Origin: Candidatus Hydrogenedentota bacterium
Lineage (GTDB): Bacteria > Hydrogenedentota > Hydrogenedentia > Hydrogenedentales > SLHB01
DNA: 64,000 bases
Reading direction: 5' to 3'
NCBI GenBank assembly: GCA_045863295.1
Contig: BTWA01000008.1
Span: forward strand, 59,674-123,673
Shown here: positions 52,301-61,123 of the stretch, piece after piece
Numbering within the stretch: position 1 is the stretch's first letter
How the letters are laid out: every line of letters begins with the position of its first letter
Translations under genes and position numbers: made by a program
The notes under the pieces: model-generated
Told to the model about the DNA's origin: nothing
Database searches by the model: none
What the model saw: the letters and a program-made list of their open reading frames with translations, nothing else

Positions 52301-54222
52301 GTTACGGTAACGGATTTTGGACTGCCGATAGCGCCCGGTGCCGTGAATGTGAATGTGCATGATCGCGTGGACGTAGTTGGGTTTGCCGAGTACGTTACGT
52401 GGGCATTCGTGCTGCTCCCTGGATTCAGAGGTCCACTCGATGGAACGATGTCGGGCCAAGTGACATCCCTGGTCACGGTCCAGTTCATGGATTCGCCACC
52501 GGCATTCTTTACAGAGAAATCTAGTGTGCCCGCACCGGGCCCAACGTTTTGCGTGCTTGTCGGTGTAACTTCGAGAATCGGCGGCGCTTTTTGTTTTATC
52601 TGAAATGAGATTGGACTACCCAGGGCGCCATTCCCCGTAACAACTATATTGCCGATTCTTTCCGGGCCAGCATTCGTAGTGTAAGTAACAGTGAGTTCAA
52701 TTGTTTCTCCGGCGTCGAGATCGCCATTCAAAGGTGAGACAGTCAGCCAGGAGGAATTTTCATTGGCAGACCAAGTCAAATTCCCGATGCCGTTGTTTGT
52801 TACACTAATCGTCGTCGTGCTTCCTGCGGACCCCACAGTCTGACTAGCCGGGGTCACCGAGGAGAGTATTAGTGGGGCATAGAGTCTCGCGAATATGTCG
52901 GTGGGGCCGTTTCGAGAATCTTCCCAACCAAAAAGAAAAAGTCCGCCGATTGCGTGAATCTCGGGTCGGACTTGAGTGGCCACATTATCATCAACGACCA
53001 TCTTATCCAGTAAAATTGGGGATGCTCCGCGAAGATCAACCGGCCTGCACAGGATATCCGAATTCACTCCCTGTACAGCGGATTCCCAGCTGACGATAAA
53101 GAGAGCAGGGTCTATGCCCCATGCGACACTGGGGCGGTTTTCAGACTTTGGTGTTGCGGTTGACCCTTCCACGCTGATTTCAATTATTGTCGGTACTATC
53201 GCGCCGGTGGTCATATTCACTGTACTAGAGGCGCCAAAGATGTCTAAGTCGCCGTTTGACCCTTCGCTTTGCCAAACAATCAATGCCCGGTCTGAATCTC
53301 GCGTTCCGTGGGCTATACTGGGAAGTCGTTCGGAAGCGCCGTCAACCGTGCTGATAGCCTGTCTTGAGCTTCCAATTTTTGTTGCAGCACTGTCAAGCAT
53401 GCGGGCATAAATGTCCCAATCCCATGGAGATTCAGTAACATCCCTGGCCCTTTGATAAGTAATAATTACGCGATTGTCACCAACTCGGCACGCGGAGGGA
53501 TACACAGCATCCGTGTCAATCTCAACTTCGCTTGAAGCTGGGCTAATCGAACTTGAAAATACTTGTATTCGCTTGCCCATAATTCTTGGACGTGCGCTGG
53601 CGGAGAAAGTCGTGCTCGTGTTCCTAGTGTAGCTGAGTACAACATCGCCACTTGACGCCCCGTCCCGCTGCGCCAGGCCCAAAGTCGCCGCAAACTCATG
53701 GTCCTCAGAGTCTCGGTCTGATGCAATTACAGGGGCTGACGGGGATTGACCCGTTTTCCCAAATGACTTTGCATAGATTTTCCAGTAATTGCTCTCCTTT
53801 TGCTCCCAAGCAACTACAAATCGTTCAACAACAGGGACATAAACGGCAACTGGATATGCGGCATCCTTGGTATTGTTTAGAGGCTCCAAGAGGAATGGGG
53901 TCCCGACAACACCAGTTGACTCTACGAATACACCATAAATGTCTCCATTTGAGTCCGATGCCTGGTGGCGATACACCACCAAGAAATCCGTCCCATTCGA
54001 AGCTATTGAACACTGCATGTCGTTCTTGGGCAACACGGGAGTAACTTTGAACGACTGTCCGACGAATGCACGGTTCGCCCCGTTATCAATAAAGGGGAGA
54101 GTAAACGTACCCTCAAATAGGTGCGCCGAATTGCCACCGGCAGTATTTTCCTGAGCCGGTGCAAGCGAGGCAAAAAAGAGAGCAGGCAGGCACCCGATAA
54201 GCGCGGCAAGTCGAAACGGCAT
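49360..54222 (-). CDS. Secreted surface protein with nine BACON-like repeats and a C-terminal anchor
   Basis: Signal peptide ending APA-QE; LxVxP...N.G...LxWSV...WL...Q repeats; TM plus basic tail; GGAGG RBS. Confidence 0.88.
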   Translation of the reverse strand: MPFRLAALIGCLPALFFASLAPAQENTAGGNSAHLFEGTFTLPFIDNGANRAFVGQSFKVTPVLPKNDMQCSIASNGTDFLVVYRHQASDSNGDIYGVFVESTGVVGTPFLLEPLNNTKDAAYPVAVYVPVVERFVVAWEQKESNYWKIYAKSFGKTGQSPSAPVIASDRDSEDHEFAATLGLAQRDGASSGDVVLSYTRNTSTTFSASARPRIMGKRIQVFSSSISPASSEVEIDTDAVYPSACRVGDNRVIITYQRARDVTESPWDWDIYARMLDSAATKIGSSRQAISTVDGASERLPSIAHGTRDSDRALIVWQSEGSNGDLDIFGASSTVNMTTGAIVPTIIEISVEGSTATPKSENRPSVAWGIDPALFIVSWESAVQGVNSDILCRPVDLRGASPILLDKMVVDDNVATQVRPEIHAIGGLFLFGWEDSRNGPTDIFARLYAPLILSSVTPASQTVGSAGSTTTISVTNNGIGNLTWSANENSSWLTVSPLNGDLDAGETIELTVTYTTNAGPERIGNIVVTGNGALGSPISFQIKQKAPPILEVTPTSTQNVGPGAGTLDFSVKNAGGESMNWTVTRDVTWPDIVPSSGPLNPGSSTNAHVTYSANPTTSTRSCTFTFTAPGAIGSPKSVTVTQAAGSPVLSVTPTSREVGSVAGITTFEIKNTGIGTLNWSVSEPCGWLQSLPSNGALGAGASQSIDVSYGDHSGTSPRSCELTFTASGATNSPLQVTVTQRHSAKLSVSPGSRPVGFRAGSTSFEVKNIGGESMNWSAAEGLSWLSLQPSGGTLNPNDHEEVVVNFTENDAILPRSGQITVTAPGAVGSPDVVTINQNGGTPELIVNANTTTFGSGSGNIQVFVVNSGIGTMNWSLAETCGWLTPSATSGTLGAEEFDSIDVSYTQNDSGGRRECELIFSADGTTIGTPKKILLSQKSPPKLLVSPDNQDVGPLLESTAFEVANGGDETLNWSVSKENGDWITLPSPSGTIFAGGNAAQVQVNCAPNPTTNPRVCELTFSAPGADGNPRVVTVTQEAGKPALHVEPVGRTIPSAAGTTKFTVKNSGVGVLNWSVSENSPWISSALPSNGALGAGQTQDVIVSCDQNGTGGQRTSPLSFTASGATGSPVNVNVTQMSAAAFSVTPTQITVGRGSGSYQVSVRNNGGDTLTWSVSEPCDWLTVSPPNGNLLGGQTFAAVVSYTSNSSTDPRVCRLTFTSNIGGGPFDINIAQSGVSSLTVTPDQRVVDSMAGSTSFVLRNSGATNYAWTATVSCNWLTSITPTLGNLNPGQEQVLNLTFSENVDFSSRACVITVQTSSEDGTSATIPIYQNPGTQNPPPPPSGCAPGKLARNGIVEGVFPVKTTSEPIAIAPNAPIMIRLSDPQGVVPGSVWAKVDDTLCTPDLLEWRPIADSLNTDGWIVVFPDVAWPESDTFRVEVGGLANGQAPVDPISHEFRVISAGVAHRSNLSLGQLTKFTGADPLPEYCGISVGDTYHVLPQGAYANAVSIAIPVPEGEDPANLTLCYFSESNDHRGWFPAHEVKGWLKDSEIRNEVIDGQQHVVFEVNHSGVLQLGKTAAAAASGLAPNEMRWSTSGRGWLLVFAVLALAVFSFTIRRSARQSD

Positions 54223-54484
54223 GGTCTTACCTCCGTATACGACGCACTACCGTAATACGCCAATTTCAATATTAGTGTCAAGCTGCTTTTCTCTCACTAC
54301 GTCACCTCAAATAAAGCGCAAGTGTGTTTTGTGCTGGTTTTTGTAATGGATATTCTTTCTTGTGTAGTTATGGGCATTATTCTGATCCCAATCGCATGAG
54401 CCTGGCCCTTCGTATTGCATCGTTCTTCGAGGTTGTGTTACAAAACGTCGGATACTTGATGATAAAAAACAACGAAATGAAACA

Positions 54485-55093
54485 ATGGGCAACATGCTTT
54501 CACCAGCGGATCGGGTACTGGCCCTCGCCCGTAAGCAAGGTATTGTCCGCCCCCGCGATCTGGAAAAACACGGGATACCGAGGCATGTCATAGCCGTCCT
54601 GTATCGCTCCGGACGGCTGCTTCGTGTCGGGCGCGGCCTCTATACTCATCCGGAAACATCACCCACGGAGAACCACGACTTCGCGCTCATCACGAAGCGG
54701 ACGCCGGGTGCCATAATCTGCCTTCTTTCCGCACTCCGGTTCCATGAACTTACGACTCAATTGCCGACCACAATCTGGATCGCGCTGCACCCTAAGGCCA
54801 GGCGTCCCCACATCCCCGATCTGTCCTTTGAGGTAGTTCGCTTTTCCGGGAAGGCACTTACCGAAGGTATTGAAGACCACCTGGTTGATGGGATCCCCGT
54901 TCGTATCACCAGCCCCGCTCGCACCGTAATTGACTGCTTCCGCTATCGGCGTAGAATCGGGCGTGACGTGGCGGTGGAGGCCCTGCGGGATGCCATGGCG
55001 CAGAAAAAGGCGACCGTGCCGGAACTCGTGAAATACGCTGTAATTTGCCGAGTCACCAAGGTCGTACAGCCCTATCTCGAGTTTTTTCAATGA
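54485..55093 (+). CDS. abiEi: Type IV TA antitoxin, AbiEi family
   Basis: GIVRPRDL...RVGRGLY, ICLLSAL.FHELTTQ, ARTVIDCFRYR..IG. Confidence 0.88.
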   Translation: MGNMLSPADRVLALARKQGIVRPRDLEKHGIPRHVIAVLYRSGRLLRVGRGLYTHPETSPTENHDFALITKRTPGAIICLLSALRFHELTTQLPTTIWIALHPKARRPHIPDLSFEVVRFSGKALTEGIEDHLVDGIPVRITSPARTVIDCFRYRRRIGRDVAVEALRDAMAQKKATVPELVKYAVICRVTKVVQPYLEFFQ

Positions 55094-56010
55094 CACCACT
55101 GCCAAAGAATATCCCCGCCTCCATTCGCGAGCGTCTCCGCAATCTGGCAAGGCCCGACGGTTCGGACTTCAACCTGCTCCCTGCGGCCTTCGCCACGGAG
55201 CGCTTTCTCTATCACCTGAGCCAATCGAAACGCGCGGAGCTTTTCATCCTCAAGGGAGCGCGGCTCTTTGCGCTTTAGTCCCGTAAACCGCACCGCCCTA
55301 CGCCCGATCTTGACTTGCTGGGCTTTGGCGATCCATCCACGAGAGCACTCACACAGTTCATGCGGGACATTTGCCGCATGGAGGCAACTTCCGACGGACT
55401 GATCTTCGATGTACAATCCATCCACGTCGAAGAAATTCGCGTCGAGCACGAGTACAACGGCCAGCGTGTCAAACTCGTTGCCGCTCTTGAAAACGCCCGC
55501 ATCCCATTGCAGATAGACATTGGCTTCGGCGACGCCGTCACCCCGGAACCTCAGCAGGTGGAATACAAGGCGCTCCTTTCCTCGCTGCCCGCGCCAATCA
55601 TCCGCGTTTACCCGCGGGAAACGGTCGTGGCCGAGAAGCTCCATGCGATGGTTTCTCTTGACGTGCTCAATACCCGCATGAAGGACTTCTACGACCTTTG
55701 TGTACTTGCGCGCGAGTTCGACTTCAAAGGTTGCACCCTTTGCCAGGCCATACATGCGACCTTCGAGCGTCGAAATACAGACATCCCCAGCGAAGTACCC
55801 GCGTGCCTGCTGGAGAACTTTCCCAGTCGAAGCGACAAACGCGACATCTGGACCGCATTTCTCAAGCGCGCAGGTCTGCCGGACATTCCCGAGAACGACT
55901 TTACAACGGTCCATCGAGAACTGATCGAATTTCTCTACCTTCCCCTCCTCTCTGCCGCGCAACCCGGCGATTTCAATAAAATATGGACGGCGGGAAAAGG
56001 CTGGGAGTGA
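55090..56010 (+). pseudogene. abiEii: AbiEii nucleotidyltransferase toxin with a premature in-frame TAG at 55276
   Basis: FILKGARLFAL*SRKPHRPTPDLDLL; IDIGFGD, AEKLHA, NTRMKDFYD; both track ORFs are in the same frame. Confidence 0.85.
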
Positions 56011-56283
56011 AGATTGCCCCGCAACCATTCCTTGGCATGTCACTGCCGCGAAAGGACGCTAAGCACCGATTAATGTGGCCGCTAACCGTGGCTTCCGTTG
56101 TCGCCACCGAAAGCGGCCAGGAAGCATTCTGGACCTCCGATGACCCTGTCGGGCCATCCGATGTCAATATCGAGTATTTACACGCCGTTTGTGGCCCCCC
56201 TCGGACTCCGGAACCGATCCGGTAGGCGGGTGAAGCCGCGCAAGGTACCGTCCTCAAACCGCCGCCGCCGGGTTCCGGTGCAT

Positions 56284-56368
56284 AGCAGACCGCGCCGCGG
56301 CCTCAAGGACACTACGCCTGCGGCGTTCCTCCTTGACCCCGCTTCAACGCGGTCTGCTCCCCGTTCTG
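56284..56368. other. Long nested inverted repeat (non-coding)
   Basis: AGCAGACCGCG...CGCGGTCTGCT enclosing TCAAGGA...TCCTTGA and ACGCC/GGCGT. Confidence 0.65.
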
Positions 56369-56519
56369 GTCACCCGAAGACGACGGTCCGAAAACGGTAG
56401 GCCCAAGCTGTGGCCTATATTCCTCGCACTTGTCGCTGATCACAAGTCCGGTGTAAAGTGGTGAAGCCTCACCAGGAACGTGCTTAATAAAGAAATCGAA
56501 ATCTAGGAAAGAGGCCCTT

Positions 56520-56675
56520 GTGCGAACGTCGATAGGTTTTCCGCCGGAGCTCTTTCGGGCATTGGAAGCTGTCGCCGATCAAAAGAGGTTTTCTCTAGCA
56601 TGGGTGGTCCGAGACGCGGCCGCAATGTATCTGAAAAGCCAAGCCGATGATTCAATACGCGAAAGCGGCCCATAG
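56520..56675 (+). CDS. CopG/ribbon-helix-helix protein (start uncertain)
   Basis: Translated by hand: VRTSIGFPPELFRALEAVADQKRFSLAWVVRDAAAMYL. Confidence 0.65.
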   Translation: MRTSIGFPPELFRALEAVADQKRFSLAWVVRDAAAMYLKSQADDSIRESGP

Positions 56676-56774
56676 CGTGCTACCCGTCATGAGCCTGCCT
56701 ATTCGCCCTTTGTAGCTGGGGTTGGATTTCGCAGATCATGCGAGTTTTCTTCACTGCGGACAGGAACTCCCAAA

Positions 56775-57155
56775 ATGACTGATTCCGATACCAGCGCGCC
56801 GAATCCCGAGTGTATGCGCAACGCCGTTGTCAGTATGTCAATCGAATCTTGGCGCTTTGCCAAAGTGTTCGACCGATTGCTCACCAAGCTAGATGCCGGG
56901 GAACAAGGCAGATATCGGGGTCAATTTCGGTGGTTCATCAAAAAAGTCGAGGAGGCCTTGGAAACGGCCGAACTCAGGATCGTAAATGTTGAGGGCCAAC
57001 CGTTTGACCCTGGCATGGCAGCGACCCCGCTGAACATCGAAGAATTCGACACGAACACGCATCTGATAGTCGATCAGATGCTCGAACCCATCATCATGGG
57101 GCGAGAAGGATTGGTGAAGACGGGGATCGTCACCCTGAGGAAAGCGGAGCCATGA
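56775..57155 (+). CDS. GrpE-like protein (short)
   Basis: VEGQPFDPGM...IVDQMLEPII...LVKTGIVTL; ATGA overlap with Hsp70. Confidence 0.7.
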   Translation: MTDSDTSAPNPECMRNAVVSMSIESWRFAKVFDRLLTKLDAGEQGRYRGQFRWFIKKVEEALETAELRIVNVEGQPFDPGMAATPLNIEEFDTNTHLIVDQMLEPIIMGREGLVKTGIVTLRKAEP

Positions 57156-59647
57156 AGAGCTTTGTAGGCATCGATCTGGGCACAACGAACAGCGCAATCT
57201 GCTCGTACGATGGTTCAGATGTTCGTATCTGGAAAAGCCCGGAACAAAACGATGTGACGCCATCGGCTATCTACATTGACCGGCGCGGCAACCGGTATGT
57301 CGGCAAGCGGGCGTATGATTCGGCGCCGCATAGCCCGGACAATGCCGCGATGTTGTTCAAGCGACTCATGGGCACAAGTACGCCAGTCCACCTTTCTGCG
57401 GTGAATCTCACCAAATCCCCGGAAGAGTGCTCGGCGGAAGTCTTGAAGGTGTTGTTCGGATACTTGCCAGAAGAAATCCGCAACGATCCCGACACGGGCA
57501 CGGTAATCACGGTGCCAGCCGCCTTCAATCAGATGCAAAAAGATGCAACCATGCAAGCCGCAAGTATGGCGGGCCTCGGAAAGGTTGCGTTGATGCAAGA
57601 GCCCGTAGCCGCCGTAATGAGCGTTATGCGGACGCGGAATACAGACGGCATATTTCTTATTTACGACCTGGGGGGCGGCACACTGGATATCGCTATTGCG
57701 GAGAGCATAAGCGGTAGAGTAAATCTTCTTTCGCATGGCGGTATTGCGATGTGTGGCGGTCGAGATTTTGACCGTGTTCTGGTCGACAATGTGATTCGTC
57801 CCTGGCTCTTGGAACGCTTCAACCTGCCAGACGATTTTTCGGTGAATCCAACGTTTAAGCCCCTTAACCGCCTAGCCACCTGGGCCGCTGAACGGGCAAA
57901 GATTGAACTTTCCGCGCGGGAAGAAACGGTCATCAGTCTTTCCGAGACAGAGGCGCGAATTCGAGACCTCGATGGGGAAGACATTTACCTAGACATAGCC
58001 TTGAGACGAGACACATATGATCAGCTGATCGCCGAACGTGTAGGAGAATCGATCAACGCGGCCCGTGAGGCGCTCGCGAAGTCTGGACTCACTCCTCACG
58101 ATCTAGAGCGTATCGTTTTTGTTGGTGGACCCACAAATTACAAACCATTGCGGGACAGGGTCGCTTTCGAGCTTGGACTTCCAGGGAGCACGGACGTTAA
58201 TCCGATGACTGCAGTGGCGGAAGGAGCAAGTCTATTCGCTGAATCGATTGACTGGGATACCGAAAACCGCTCAAGAAAGAATACCCGTGACCAGATTACT
58301 TCCGGGGGTGGACTTGCGCTCTCATTCAACTACATCGCCCGCACGCCCGATGCAAAAGCCAAGATTGCCGTTCAACTCAAGGAGCAAGTCGCCTCAGGAA
58401 TTGAATTCCAGATAGACAGTGTCGATACAGGCTGGACTTCGGGCCGTCTGCCTCTCGAACACGGTGCAACCATCGATGTCACCTTGGCTAGAACCGGAGA
58501 CAACACGTTCAAGGTATTCGTGTTTGATTCCGTCGGCGGTCCTATCCCGCTTGACCAGAATCGGATTGTCATTACCCGTACCGCCGCTACTGTCGATGCC
58601 ATTCCTGCCTCACATTCGGTAGGAATCGAGGTATTGGAACGGCTTGGTGGCCGGCCTGTGCTTGACTATCTCATCCGGTCGGGCGATTCGCTACCGAAGA
58701 AAGGCAAGAAGGTTTTTAAGGCAGCGGAGTCACTGAAGTCTGGCGCTGCCGGATCGCTTAATCTGAAGCTCTGGGAAGGTGAAATCGAGGACCCCATTGC
58801 CGACAACCGCCCCATCGGCGTTTTGAAGATTTCTGGTTCGGACTTCGATTCCGGTGTAATTCCGGCCGGGGCTGATCTCGAATGCGACTATGAAATTCTT
58901 GACTCCGGCAACATTGTCATTGAGGTTTCGGTCCCGTGTATCGGCGGCACTTTTCACTCCGGTAGAAATTTTTATTCACGCCAAGAGGGACAGCTCGACT
59001 ACACAGCCGCGTCTGCCTTGGTACTCGAAGAAGGCGAGCGAACGTTAAACCGCATAGAGGAAATCAACGAGGTTGTCGAAAGTCCGAAACTGGATCAGGC
59101 ACGCCAAAAACTCGAATCGGCGATATCACTTGTCCGCGATGAACCGGAGACGGAAAAAACTCAGGAAGCCATGGAAAAGGTCTTCGAGGCGCGAAGGCTC
59201 CTCGCCCAAGTAAGGAAGGAGAACCTCAAGGAGATTCGTCAGATTGAACTCGACGGTGTGACATCTTTTTTCGATGAGCACATCCGACAGCATGCCCGGC
59301 CATCGGAATCCACAGCCTTCGACAATTTGGCTAAGACGGCGCAACGCTCCGTTGACCGGAACAGCAAAGACTTCGAACATCATCTTGACGAACTCAAAGG
59401 AAAGAACTTCGAAATCCTGTGGCGGCAGGATTGGTTTGTCGTCGAGAGGTTCAAGGCGATAGTGGGATCGCCCCATCTATTTGCAGACAATCACCGATTC
59501 GAAGAGCTTGCGAAGCTCGGTGTTCAACTCATGCGCGCGGACGATATCGACCAACTCCGCACCGTGGTCGTGCAGCTCTCTATGATTCAGATAGGCGGTG
59601 GGCCAGACAACGACATGTTCGATGTGGCCAATATAGTAAGAGGATAA
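57152..59647 (+). CDS. Atypical Hsp70-family protein (831 aa)
   Basis: GIDLGTTNS, ITVPAAF, EPVAA, YDLGGGTLD, GGRDFD, FVGGPT. Confidence 0.92.
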   Translation: MKSFVGIDLGTTNSAICSYDGSDVRIWKSPEQNDVTPSAIYIDRRGNRYVGKRAYDSAPHSPDNAAMLFKRLMGTSTPVHLSAVNLTKSPEECSAEVLKVLFGYLPEEIRNDPDTGTVITVPAAFNQMQKDATMQAASMAGLGKVALMQEPVAAVMSVMRTRNTDGIFLIYDLGGGTLDIAIAESISGRVNLLSHGGIAMCGGRDFDRVLVDNVIRPWLLERFNLPDDFSVNPTFKPLNRLATWAAERAKIELSAREETVISLSETEARIRDLDGEDIYLDIALRRDTYDQLIAERVGESINAAREALAKSGLTPHDLERIVFVGGPTNYKPLRDRVAFELGLPGSTDVNPMTAVAEGASLFAESIDWDTENRSRKNTRDQITSGGGLALSFNYIARTPDAKAKIAVQLKEQVASGIEFQIDSVDTGWTSGRLPLEHGATIDVTLARTGDNTFKVFVFDSVGGPIPLDQNRIVITRTAATVDAIPASHSVGIEVLERLGGRPVLDYLIRSGDSLPKKGKKVFKAAESLKSGAAGSLNLKLWEGEIEDPIADNRPIGVLKISGSDFDSGVIPAGADLECDYEILDSGNIVIEVSVPCIGGTFHSGRNFYSRQEGQLDYTAASALVLEEGERTLNRIEEINEVVESPKLDQARQKLESAISLVRDEPETEKTQEAMEKVFEARRLLAQVRKENLKEIRQIELDGVTSFFDEHIRQHARPSESTAFDNLAKTAQRSVDRNSKDFEHHLDELKGKNFEILWRQDWFVVERFKAIVGSPHLFADNHRFEELAKLGVQLMRADDIDQLRTVVVQLSMIQIGGGPDNDMFDVANIVRG

Positions 59648-59650
59648 CTC

Positions 59651-61120
59651 ATGGCAATAGACGTGTGGCTGCCGCGAGGCCATGTCTTGGCTGACAGATC
59701 GAAGATGCGGTCCCTTCTCCATTCCGGAGATGAATGGCAGCTATTCGAGACCGATGGCCCAGACAACCTGCTGCTCGTCCTGCCGCGATTGGCGCAAAAA
59801 TGGATCGAAGCCCGTCTTCTCGATGGATCATTACTCGGTGAATTGGAATTCGGGTCAACGCAATACCGAATCCTTAGCGGCGACAAGCGGTACTCAATCG
59901 CGCCCGTTGAGAATGCGGACTCCCCCTCCAGCAAGGTGGACGCCATAGCCTTTTCTATTGCGTTGAGGGAAAGTAGAAGATTGTCACCCGATGTCTCCTT
60001 TCATGACGCCATCTACGTTGAACAATACTCCCGCTTGCTTCCCACCTGGACGCTGAGTCCCTCCATTGATGACGCGACGGTCTTGGGTACCTGGATCACC
60101 GGTGGCGTAGCCGTATCAACGCAATCCTTCCGTCGGCTCACAAACCTCACCGGCTGGATGCCAGCCGGTGACCTCGCCGAAATCGTTTCTGCAGCGGGCC
60201 TTCCTGTGCCTGGCGATGCGAGCGTTTTGACGAAGCGTCGGGACGCCTCTCTCCCCGAAACCGCCGGCAAGGCTATCAGTCCAGCCATTTCCACCCGTGC
60301 AGAGGAAGCGGCCTCTCCGGAGGAACGAACTTGTCCTGATTCGTTTCGACTTCCCGGCCGACCGCAACTCGAAATGTTTTTTAACGAGCATGTAATCGAC
60401 ATCATCTTCAATGCGGAGAAGTACCGGGCACTTGGCATAGAGTTTCCGTCTGCAATCGTTCTTCACGGACCGCCGGGATGTGGCAAAACCTTCGCTGTCG
60501 AGCGGCTCGTTGAATTCATCGACTGGCCCAGCTATTCGATTGACTCGAACAGTGTCGGGAGCCCCTACATACATGAGACCAGCAAGAAAATCTCCGAGGT
60601 GTTCGACAAAGCCATAGACAGTGCTCCATCGGTTCTCGTGATCGATGAAATGGAATCATTCTTGGCTCACAGGCAGTCTGCTGGAACTTCGGGCTTGCAC
60701 CATGTCGAGGAGGTCGCTGAATTTCTGAGGCGCATACCGGAGGCCATCAAGCAGAGGGTTCTCATCATCGCCATGACAAACCTCATCGAGATGATAGACC
60801 CCGCCATCCTCAGGCGGGGCCGATTCGACCATGTCATCGAGGTCGGAATGCCGTCACGACTCGAAGTTGACTCACTACTTTCCTCGTTACTAAACAAACT
60901 TCCGAAATCCGACGATCTGGATATGGGGCCCGCTTTAGCTGCACTGACCGGTAAGGCCTTGTCGGACGCTGCATTCGTTGTGCGCGAGGCATCGAGACTA
61001 GCCGCCAAGGCGGGTAAGTTGGTAATCGATCAAGAGAGTCTGGACGCGGCCCTCGAAAGTCTGCCAAAGGAAAAGAAGGCCAGTCGCATCGGTTTTGTCC
61101 GAGATGAAAGAACGGAGTGA
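59651..61120 (+). CDS. AAA ATPase with an unknown N-terminal domain
   Basis: GPPGCGKT, VIDEME, MTN...LRRGRFD; C-terminal RIGF. Confidence 0.9.
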   Translation: MAIDVWLPRGHVLADRSKMRSLLHSGDEWQLFETDGPDNLLLVLPRLAQKWIEARLLDGSLLGELEFGSTQYRILSGDKRYSIAPVENADSPSSKVDAIAFSIALRESRRLSPDVSFHDAIYVEQYSRLLPTWTLSPSIDDATVLGTWITGGVAVSTQSFRRLTNLTGWMPAGDLAEIVSAAGLPVPGDASVLTKRRDASLPETAGKAISPAISTRAEEAASPEERTCPDSFRLPGRPQLEMFFNEHVIDIIFNAEKYRALGIEFPSAIVLHGPPGCGKTFAVERLVEFIDWPSYSIDSNSVGSPYIHETSKKISEVFDKAIDSAPSVLVIDEMESFLAHRQSAGTSGLHHVEEVAEFLRRIPEAIKQRVLIIAMTNLIEMIDPAILRRGRFDHVIEVGMPSRLEVDSLLSSLLNKLPKSDDLDMGPALAALTGKALSDAAFVVREASRLAAKAGKLVIDQESLDAALESLPKEKKASRIGFVRDERTE

Positions 61121-61123
61121 ACC

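Noticed and set aside
57152..59647. Housekeeping dnaK
   Set aside because: Too long, lacks the canonical linker and sits in an atypical context; symbol withheld.
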